Source: Anaerolineae bacterium
GTDB lineage: Bacteria > Chloroflexota > Anaerolineae > Epilineales > Epilineaceae
Reading direction: 5' to 3'
NCBI GenBank assembly: GCA_029262755.1
Contig: JAJCYU010000251.1
Location: 1-33,415 of the forward strand
DNA: 33,415 bases
Part shown: one piece after another, positions 1-7,984 of the stretch
Layout: each line of letters begins with the position of its first letter
How positions within the stretch are numbered: the first letter of the stretch is position 1
Program-made: the position numbers and the translations under genes
Notes under the pieces: generated by a model
Told to the model about the DNA's origin: nothing
The model's input: only the letters and a program-made list of their open reading frames with translations
Database searches by the model: none

Positions 1-1
1 C

Positions 2-871
2 GTCGCGCGTACGATTGAACGGCTCCTTGCCATGGACGATGCTCCCGAGCGGCAGGTGCAGGTGGCCATCGATTTCGTCGCACCGGAAATCGACGAGAAC
101 ATTACGGCCAAGGAACTCGGCATCGAGACGCTGCTGCGCGAAGAGACCAGCTACTACCGGGGCAGCTCGCCCGACCGCGTCCACAATGTGGCGCTGGCTG
201 CATCCAAGTTCGACGGCGTGCTCATCGCGCCGGACGCCGTGTTCTCCTTCAACGACACCGTGGGGGATATCTCGGAGGAAGAGGGCTACAAAAAGACCCT
301 GATCATCCTGGACGGCGCCACGGCGGATGGGGTCGGCGGCGGCACATGCCAGGTCTCGACAACCCTCTACCGGAGCGCGTTCTGGACGGGTCTGCCGATC
401 GTCGAGCGCCTCGCGCACGGCTACCGCGTAGCGTACTACGAGCAGAACTCCCCGACCGGCATGGACGCCACGGTGTACGGGCCGACCATCGACCTCAAGT
501 TCAAGAACGACTCCGGTGGCTGGCTGCTGATCGAGACCGAAGCCGACAGTGCGGATCGAGCGCTTACCTTCCGGGTCTATGGCCCGCGCCTGGACCGCGT
601 GGTCGAGATGGAGGGCCCGGTCGTGCATACCCGCGTGCCACCGCCGGCCCCTGCAGTCGTCGTGGATCCTGAGCTTCTGCCGGGCCAGTCTCGCGAGGAC
701 GAACTGGAACGGGAGGGACTTTCGGTCACCGTGGAGCGCATCATCCGCCACAACGGTGAAGAACTGCGCGACGTGTTTCGCAGCTCCTATCGTCCGACCG
801 GCGCCCTTACGGCGATCGGCCCTACGCCGGAGCCGCAGCCCGGCGAGCCTCCCGCACCGGCGCTTCCCTAG
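2..871 (+). CDS. VanW family protein with C-terminal G5-like region (5'-truncated)
   Basis: Frame is open from nt 2. VanW motifs: R-x-x-N (RVHNVALAA), FSFNDTVG, GGGTCQVSTTLY, ERLAHGYRVAYY, GMDATV, DLKFKN. A G5-like beta segment and Pro-rich tail follow. Confidence 0.9.
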   Translation, partial: VARTIERLLAMDDAPERQVQVAIDFVAPEIDENITAKELGIETLLREETSYYRGSSPDRVHNVALAASKFDGVLIAPDAVFSFNDTVGDISEEEGYKKTLIILDGATADGVGGGTCQVSTTLYRSAFWTGLPIVERLAHGYRVAYYEQNSPTGMDATVYGPTIDLKFKNDSGGWLLIETEADSADRALTFRVYGPRLDRVVEMEGPVVHTRVPPPAPAVVVDPELLPGQSREDELEREGLSVTVERIIRHNGEELRDVFRSSYRPTGALTAIGPTPEPQPGEPPAPALP

Positions 872-1120
872 CAGGCCGTTGGGACGCCTTGGCACCGTGC
901 ACGAGGACGTGGCATGGCTGCTTCGTTCCATCGACTCTCGGCCTGCGTCTCGCCCTTACGCCCGTTCCTGACACGGTCCCGCGAAGCGCATGGCCGCTCG
1001 AACTCCGCGTCGATGGCGGGCCGAAGCGTGCAGACACGTTGGTTCCTTTGCCCGCTACGAGTTGCACGTTTCGAGCTGCCCGCATCGAGTTCGGAGCTAT
1101 GACGTGGCATCGCTTTTACT

Positions 1121-2356
1121 GTGCAGCGACGCCGATCGCTGAATCGTGCTCGTGAGCGCGTGAACGGCCCTGCGACCACGCCGGGGCCGTCGGCTCGCCT
1201 CCGCGTCGCGTGGGTCGTGGGCGGCCTGCATGCGGGCCCAGACGATCCGTTTGCGCCGTATCTGGCCACGTCGCTACGCGGGCTCGCCAAGCACGCCGAG
1301 GTCGTCGCGTTTCCGCTGCGCTACCCGGTGGCGCAAGTGCCCTATTCGCTCTTCGGAGCGCGCGTGGAACCGCAGTCGATCGGCGACGTGCGCCTGCGCG
1401 AAAGCCCAGCACTTTGGCGGAGCGTGGTTCGATCCATTGTGCAGGCTCACCGGCGCCGGCCCTTCGACCTGGTTCACGCGGTGCAGGCAGCCGAACCGGG
1501 CTTTGTGGCGTCCCTTGCTGCGGCGCGGATCGGACGGCCACTCGTAGCCCAAGTACTCGGGGGCGAGTTGGTCGATCTCGCGGACATCGGCTTCGGTGGC
1601 AAGCAGGACCGTGCGGGCCGATGGTTCGTGGCCTCCACGCTCCGTCGAGCGGCCCGCGTGGTCGTGCTCAGCGACGAGAGTGCCGGTGCCGCCAGGGCCC
1701 GTTTAGGTTCCGCGCGGGCCGATCGGATCCGGATCGCGCCGCTACCGGTTGAGATGGACCGCTTCCGCCCGCGATTGCTCCGAACGCGTCGCGCCCAGCT
1801 GCGCGCGGGAGAGGCTCCGTGTCGGCTTCTTGCGGTGGCCAACTTACTGCCCGTGAAGGATCACGCAACGCTCCTTCGCGCATTCGCGCAACTCGCCGCG
1901 CTTCGACCCGACGTGCGCCTCCATCTGGTCGGTGGTGGGCCGACGCTAGCGGCCCTGCGGCGCCAGGCGAGCGAGCTCGGGGTAGCGGAGCGTGTTCAAT
2001 GGTGGGGCCAAGTGCCGCATGCCGCGGTTCACGTGGCCTTCGCGGGGGCAGACGCCTACGTGTCCTCCAGCCGGCACGAGGCGCAGGGTGTCGCCCTATT
2101 GGAAGCGGCGTCGTGTGGGCTCCCGGTCGCCGCGACCGCCGTCGGCGCGGCGCGGGAGCTGCCGCCGAGCCTCGTGCACCGCTGCCGCCCGGGCAGCGTG
2201 GAAGGCCTTCTCGCCGCCATGGCCGACGCGCTCCAGAGCGCGCCCGCGCCGCGCGCTTCGCGCCGTGCGGTTCGGGATCTCCTGCGACCTAGGTGGAGTG
2301 AAGCTGCGTGCGCACAGCGAATGCTCGCGGTGTGGCGCGAGATCGCGGCATCATAG
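1121..2356 (+). CDS. Glycosyltransferase family 4 (GT-B)
   Basis: VANLLPVKDHATLL, LVGGGP, SSRHEAQGVALLEAASCGLPVAATAVG (EX7E motif). Start uncertain (GTG 1121 or slightly downstream). Confidence 0.88.
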   Translation: MQRRRSLNRARERVNGPATTPGPSARLRVAWVVGGLHAGPDDPFAPYLATSLRGLAKHAEVVAFPLRYPVAQVPYSLFGARVEPQSIGDVRLRESPALWRSVVRSIVQAHRRRPFDLVHAVQAAEPGFVASLAAARIGRPLVAQVLGGELVDLADIGFGGKQDRAGRWFVASTLRRAARVVVLSDESAGAARARLGSARADRIRIAPLPVEMDRFRPRLLRTRRAQLRAGEAPCRLLAVANLLPVKDHATLLRAFAQLAALRPDVRLHLVGGGPTLAALRRQASELGVAERVQWWGQVPHAAVHVAFAGADAYVSSSRHEAQGVALLEAASCGLPVAATAVGAARELPPSLVHRCRPGSVEGLLAAMADALQSAPAPRASRRAVRDLLRPRWSEAACAQRMLAVWREIAAS

Positions 2357-2523
2357 GTCGCGTGCGGGCCGTAGCGCTACGATAGGCCACGCGCGCGACA
2401 CGCGGCTTCCTCGAGCGTGCGATTCCGTCGATTGGGCGGACGCAAACGCCCGCGTGCGGCTTCGCGTTCAGGGTCACACGCTCCACGCCACCGCGAATAC
2501 CTCCTACCGCGGAGCAACCGCAT

Positions 2524-3897
2524 GTGCAGTCCTCGTTCTTGAACAGCTCATCGTCTCCGGAGTGGAATGATCCGCTCTGGTCGCGCGTTGCGTTGCCCTA
2601 CGCACGAGTGGCCCAATGCCTTGGTTTCACCGTCGGAATTCGCACCAACGACCCGCGCGTCCTCGGGTTGTTCGAAAGCGCGTTCGGCCCTGACGTTTCC
2701 GTAACAGGCGCGCCGGATCTGGATCTTGCGGTGACGGCCGATTGTGAACCGGCGGCACGGGCTCGGCCCGCGGCTCCGGGGACGAGCCAAACGGCGCAAG
2801 CGAACAACCTCGACGAGCCAGATCGCCCCGACACGGCGCCGCATGCGCAGCGCGGCGATCCGGATAGCAACACCCAGGACCGCACGCACGGAGCAACAAC
2901 TCTCCGTCCTCCAGGCCCGGAAGACTCGAGCGACAGGAGTCGCATGCCTGCAGGAGATTCGCGCGCGCCCGGCGTATCGTCGTCCCAGCATCATGAGAGT
3001 GAACATCCTGCGACCCGCTCGGACGCGCTGCCGGCGACCCCGCATGCTCCGGGCGCCTCCTTCCACCGGGAACGCAATGGGCTGTTCGTCGCGGGCGACG
3101 ATCGCGGGAGCGTGGTAAGCCTCGATCTGGTCGCGGGCCGGGGAGCGGCCTTCGTCAGCACCGCCACGCCGCCATTCGTCATACGCCAAGTGCTGCTCGA
3201 GTCGCCGGTTTGGCGGCTGGCGACCGCGCGGGGATTGGTGGCATTGCATGCAGCCACGGTCGTGGTGGACGGTGTCGGGCTGCTGCTGCGCGGCGCAGCA
3301 GGCTCCGGCAAATCGACCCTTGCCGCCGCGATGTTGCGCGCAGGCCACCGCGTGACTTCCGACGAAGTGACCTGGTGGGATCCGCGAGGGAATCGTCCTG
3401 TGCTGCGCGGCGGGGCTCGCTGGATCCATGTGGAGCCTAGGTCGGCGCAGGACTTCGACAGGTTCCGCGACCGCCCCGACCACCCCGAAGGTCCGCCGGA
3501 AGATGGCACCGTCGTCGACGTTCGCGGTATCGACGCTCTCGGCGTCGACGTTCGCGGTGTCGCACCCGGCAAGCGAGCCCTTGAGATTCCGTCCGACCTC
3601 GCCGCACCGGTGGTCGAATTCGGCCGGCTGATCTTGCTTCAGCCGCCAGCCGGGGGCTGGACGCAGCACTATGCTGCGGCGGATGCGTCGATTCGCGAGC
3701 TCACGGCCGATGCGGCGCGCGACGGCTTCGACGCGCTCCGCATCCGCGGCGAGGGCTCACAGGAACCCCGATGTTTCGATCGTGCGCGCGACGACCTATG
3801 TCGGGACGGGGCAATGGAACTCAAACTGGGTAGCGTCCCCGCGAACGTGGCGTGTTTGGAACAGATAGCGCAGCAGGTTCGGAAGGCGCGCGCATGA
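2524..3897 (+). CDS. HPr kinase-related P-loop kinase with a long low-complexity insertion
   Basis: LHAATV...LLLRGAAGSGKSTL (Walker A) followed by VTSDE, matching the HprK C-terminal-like signature. GGAG at 2511-2514 precedes GTG. Stop overlaps the next ATG (ATGA). Confidence 0.72.
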   Translation: MQSSFLNSSSSPEWNDPLWSRVALPYARVAQCLGFTVGIRTNDPRVLGLFESAFGPDVSVTGAPDLDLAVTADCEPAARARPAAPGTSQTAQANNLDEPDRPDTAPHAQRGDPDSNTQDRTHGATTLRPPGPEDSSDRSRMPAGDSRAPGVSSSQHHESEHPATRSDALPATPHAPGASFHRERNGLFVAGDDRGSVVSLDLVAGRGAAFVSTATPPFVIRQVLLESPVWRLATARGLVALHAATVVVDGVGLLLRGAAGSGKSTLAAAMLRAGHRVTSDEVTWWDPRGNRPVLRGGARWIHVEPRSAQDFDRFRDRPDHPEGPPEDGTVVDVRGIDALGVDVRGVAPGKRALEIPSDLAAPVVEFGRLILLQPPAGGWTQHYAAADASIRELTADAARDGFDALRIRGEGSQEPRCFDRARDDLCRDGAMELKLGSVPANVACLEQIAQQVRKARA

Positions 3898-5117
3898 GGG
3901 AGCTCCCCCGCAGACGTGACGGTCGGCCCACGCGGGTGGCGCTCGTCCTGCCCTACTACGATCCGGATGCCGGCGACGACCCCTTCGCGGTTTTGGCCCG
4001 CTACCCGACGATTCCGGGAATCGCGGCGGCTCAGGCATCGCAGGGCCTAGACGTCGCGGCGTTCCAGCTCTTTCCGCGCAGGGCCGACCTCGCCTTGGAC
4101 GGCGCGGCCTTCCACTTCGTGCCCTCCGGCCCCGCCGCACGGGGGGCCTCCCGCGCGATGCATCGTGCGTTCCCACGTTATCGGGCGCCGTACTGGGAAG
4201 CCGCAGGGTCGCTTGCGGCCCGGGTGGGCGCGTGGCGTCCGGACGTCGTGCATGCCTTCGGCGCCACGCTCGACCTCAACCTTGCGATGACGGCCGCGAC
4301 GGCGCGTGCCGGAGGCTCGGGGCTGGTCGTTCACTATCATGGAGGTCTTCCGGACGCAGACCCGCTTACCCAGGCGCTGCGACGGCGCACGTTGCGCCGT
4401 GCGGATCGCCTGCTTTTCACGCATCGCGATCAGGCGCAGCCGTGGATTGCCGCCGGCATGGTCCGGCCGGATCGCGTCGCGGAAGTCGTGGAGACCTCGA
4501 CCCACATTCGGCCGATGGCGCGCGCGCGGGCGCAGGCGATCACGGGGATCTTCGGCGATCCCGCCTGCGTGATGGTCGGCCGCCTCCACGCCATCAAGGA
4601 TCCATTGACCGTGCTGACGGCGTTCGCCATCGTCGCCGAGCGACGCCCCTTGGCGACGCTGCATGTCGTGGGACCGGACGGCGGGCTGGCTACGGCGTGC
4701 AGGGCTATTGTGGCCGCTACACCGTCGTTGGTGGGCCGCGTACACGTGCACGGCGCCGTACCGCACACGCACATGCCCGCCATCTACGGCGCGGCCGATC
4801 TGCTACTCCAGGCCAGCCGCCGCGAGTGGAGCGGCCTCTCCGTGCTCGAGGCCATGGCCTGCGGCGTCGTGCCCGTCGTGACCGACATCCCCGCCTTCCG
4901 CGCGATGACCGGCGACGGCCGCTACGGGCGGCTGGTGCCCGTCGGTGACGCCGGCGCGATGGCACGGGCCGTGCTCGATCTCCCGCCCCGCGTTCGCGCA
5001 CCGTTATCACGCGCGGTGGCCGCCTGGTTCCAGCAAGCACTGAGCTTCGATGCGCTCGCCGCTCGTCTGGGCATCGTTTACGACGATGTGCTGCGGGAGC
5101 GCGCCGGTAGAAGCTGA
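3894..5117 (+). CDS. Glycosyltransferase family 4 (GT-B)
   Basis: VGRLHAIKDP, SRREWSGLSVLEAMACGVVPVVTDIP (EX7E). ATG 3894 overlaps the upstream TGA, so it is preferred over the ORF-track start at 3852. Confidence 0.9.
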   Translation: MRELPRRRDGRPTRVALVLPYYDPDAGDDPFAVLARYPTIPGIAAAQASQGLDVAAFQLFPRRADLALDGAAFHFVPSGPAARGASRAMHRAFPRYRAPYWEAAGSLAARVGAWRPDVVHAFGATLDLNLAMTAATARAGGSGLVVHYHGGLPDADPLTQALRRRTLRRADRLLFTHRDQAQPWIAAGMVRPDRVAEVVETSTHIRPMARARAQAITGIFGDPACVMVGRLHAIKDPLTVLTAFAIVAERRPLATLHVVGPDGGLATACRAIVAATPSLVGRVHVHGAVPHTHMPAIYGAADLLLQASRREWSGLSVLEAMACGVVPVVTDIPAFRAMTGDGRYGRLVPVGDAGAMARAVLDLPPRVRAPLSRAVAAWFQQALSFDALAARLGIVYDDVLRERAGRS

Positions 5118-5428
5118 GGGGATCCCGACCTGACTAGCGAGACAAGGCAGAGGTCGCGGATCGAACGCGCTAGCGTGAACTCTGGCTGTGTGTTTCCGGG
5201 CATGTCAACCGCGGATTTTGGAAAGCTGCCGGCCGGTCTCCAAGGTGGAAGGCAGCGGCGCCCCGTTCGCCGCGGTCAGCTGCGACCGGTCGATCCCCTT
5301 TTCCTGCGCAGCGAGTCTATGGATGTAGGGCTGCGCAGGGAGCAGTGCTGTGCCGCCCCGCGGCGCGACGTCTGTGTCCGAATCGAATGCAGCAAGCACG
5401 ATGTCCACGACCAAGCGAGCGACAATTC

Positions 5429-7660
5429 ATGAGGCACCGCTGCATAGACGAGTCACCACGCCGCCGATCCAAGATCGGCATTCAACGTCGCCTGCCCCCG
5501 TGCCGGTTGTCCGGTCTCGTGGCGTTTCTCGTGGCTGGAATGGGCGCCTTCGCGGCCCTCTCGCCCCATCCGACAACCGCGCGGGCGGCCGGCGATGGCC
5601 TCGTACTCGAATTCGAGCACGGAGGCGCCCTGAGCGCGTTGGCCACCGACGGATCGTGGGCCTACCTCGTCCAGGGCAGTCGCGTCCACGTGGTCTCGCC
5701 GTCAAACCCGGGGGGCTCGCCGCTTGCAAGCAGCAAGCCGGACTCCCTGTCCAGAGTGAAGGCGGCTGTCGCGCGCGACGGAACGGTCGCGTTAGGCGGT
5801 GACGGGTTGCGCATCTTCCATCACCGGGGGACCGATCTTCGCATCACTGATCAATGGCTGCCGCGGCACGGCATCGAGGCGCTGGCCTGGGCTGGTGACA
5901 GGCTGTGGGTGCTCGGCGACGACGGTCAGGCCCACCGGTTGCGCATCGACGAGGAGGGCACGATCGTGCGCCGTGACCGCTGGGCGCCGACCGCGCCGAC
6001 GTTGGAAACGACAGCGCAGATCTCGGCGCTCGCCCCGTCGCCGAACGGCGAGCTGTTGTTCGCACTTGTGCAGTGGGTCGGTGAAACACAACCCTTCCGC
6101 GACCCACCGGTTCGCTCGGCGGAGATTCTCCAGATCGAGGTCACCTCGGGCACGAACCGGGTGATCGCACGCGCGCCCGCCCAGCGATGGCCTCGGCCGG
6201 GTCTGCTCGCCGGGGACACGTGGGCCATGCTCTATGCGCGCTCCGGCTTCGGCGCGACGCCACAAGCGCAGCTGTTTACGAAAGGACCCGCGACGGGACT
6301 CTCCAGCCAGCTCTTGAGATGGGCGGGGGAGTACGGCACCCAGTCGCTGGCCATGATGGACGACGTGCTATGGCGATTGGACCAGAGCGGACAGCTCTAT
6401 CGACACGCGCGTCTAAGCGCTGTTCAATCACAACCCGTTCCGACGCCCTCCTTTACGGGGGTCTCCGTGTTGGGCATCGGTGCGCGATTGGCCCTACTAA
6501 GCCCGGAGCAGATGTGGTGGCTCGAGGACGATGGTTCGGCCGCGCCCGACGTAGCCCTGGACACCCGCGAGATTGCCGAGGTGGCCGCGACGAAGCATGG
6601 CGCGTGGCTGCGTCGCGGAACCCGCGCGATGGACTTTGTACCCGCTACCGGCCCCGACGGCTGGCTCCTCCCCCCGCCGCACACCGGGCCGACGTACGTC
6701 TATCAACTCTTTGGGGCCGGCGAACGCGTTTATTCTCTTGCCAACGGCGTCGTAGAGATCTATGCCGACCGCAGCCGGGACCGTGGCCGGCTCGAACGCT
6801 TGGCCGGGCTCCCTCAAGCCGGCGACCACCGAACGAGCCTGCTGATGGACGCCGAAGGGGACCGGGTCGTCACCAAGGACTCGTCGGGCACGATCTGGCT
6901 GCAGCGCTCGACGGTCGATGGCCGCCCCGCGCAAGAGCTCTACATGCTGACAAGCGGCGACGTCATCGACGAGCACCTGGACGGCGACCTGCTGTGGCTC
7001 GCAATCACGTCGCGACGTACAACCCGGCTCGAAGGATTCGACATCGCAGGCGTGGGCATTACCGCACCCCGGCAAACGAGCCTTAGCCTGCCCGGCTCCA
7101 CAGCCATCAGCTTCGCCGTCGAGCGCGGGATCGCGCTCGTGGGCCGTGGGCCCATCCTCTCCGCGCTACGCGTCTCCGATCCGAGCCGGCCCAAGGAAGT
7201 CGATGTGCTCGACCTCCCGGGATCGATCGTTCACGTTACCGTGCAGGGACTGATTGCGTGGGTCTACTCCACGGGCTCCGCGTCGGACTATCTGAGCGCC
7301 ATCCAGATCGGCCATGGTGGATCCTTGCACGATCTCGGCACCGTTACGTTGCCGCTCGGAGCGACCGAGATCGCCCTCGCGGCCGACGCCGGCGGCGTGT
7401 GGCTCGTCGCAGATCGGGCGCTCCAACGCTACACCTTCGCAACGCCGCTCGATTCTTCCCCGACCGCCGACCCACGCCCGAGCTCGACGGCGCCGGCGTC
7501 GGCGACACCGACTTCGACCGCGACCGCGCCGGAGGCGACCGCGACGACGGCGCTCCCGACGGCAACGCGCACGCCCACAATGCACCGAGAATTGCGCGTG
7601 TTGCTGCCGTGGCTGGCCCGAGGTGGGGCGTCCGCGCTCGTTCGCTTCGGGACACCATAG
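5429..7660 (+). CDS. Secreted or surface protein, probable beta-propeller (LVIVD-like blades), Pro/Thr linker and C-terminal LPWLARG motif
   Basis: Hydrophobic signal-like segment LVAFLVAGMGAFAAL...ARA; repeated short beta strands (e.g. LRVSDPSRPKEV); TPT-rich linker. Start is uncertain. Confidence 0.62.
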   Translation: MRHRCIDESPRRRSKIGIQRRLPPCRLSGLVAFLVAGMGAFAALSPHPTTARAAGDGLVLEFEHGGALSALATDGSWAYLVQGSRVHVVSPSNPGGSPLASSKPDSLSRVKAAVARDGTVALGGDGLRIFHHRGTDLRITDQWLPRHGIEALAWAGDRLWVLGDDGQAHRLRIDEEGTIVRRDRWAPTAPTLETTAQISALAPSPNGELLFALVQWVGETQPFRDPPVRSAEILQIEVTSGTNRVIARAPAQRWPRPGLLAGDTWAMLYARSGFGATPQAQLFTKGPATGLSSQLLRWAGEYGTQSLAMMDDVLWRLDQSGQLYRHARLSAVQSQPVPTPSFTGVSVLGIGARLALLSPEQMWWLEDDGSAAPDVALDTREIAEVAATKHGAWLRRGTRAMDFVPATGPDGWLLPPPHTGPTYVYQLFGAGERVYSLANGVVEIYADRSRDRGRLERLAGLPQAGDHRTSLLMDAEGDRVVTKDSSGTIWLQRSTVDGRPAQELYMLTSGDVIDEHLDGDLLWLAITSRRTTRLEGFDIAGVGITAPRQTSLSLPGSTAISFAVERGIALVGRGPILSALRVSDPSRPKEVDVLDLPGSIVHVTVQGLIAWVYSTGSASDYLSAIQIGHGGSLHDLGTVTLPLGATEIALAADAGGVWLVADRALQRYTFATPLDSSPTADPRPSSTAPASATPTSTATAPEATATTALPTATRTPTMHRELRVLLPWLARGGASALVRFGTP

Positions 7661-7984
7661 ACCATCGCCGGCGTCTTGCGCACGACCGAGCTGCTAGGCC
7701 AGGTGACCCGCTCACTTGGACGCTGAGGTGCTGCGCCCGGGGTGCGACGCCATCGCGTTGCGCCCCCCCCGCGCGAACAATCGCGGCGAGGAGGTTGTGA
7801 CCGCGATCAACGGGGCCGAACGCATCGCGCCACCATCGACTGAGGAGGGAGCCGCACGAACCCCTTGGGTCGTCGTCGTTCCGCTCGATTCGCGACCCAC
7901 GTGTTGTGCACCGCAGAGATGGGCGGGAGCGAGTTCCAAAGACACCAGGGTCACGGACCTTTTCGCGACGACCTGACATCGCGC

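Noticed and set aside
2370..2381. Perfect 12-bp palindrome CGTAGCGCTACG overlapping a TACGAT -10-like hexamer
   Set aside because: A single short palindrome in GC-rich DNA with no second copy noticed; insufficient support.
7716..7976. Possible small ORF with GAGGAGG before GTG 7797 between convergent genes
   Set aside because: SD spacing is very short and the peptide has no recognisable features.
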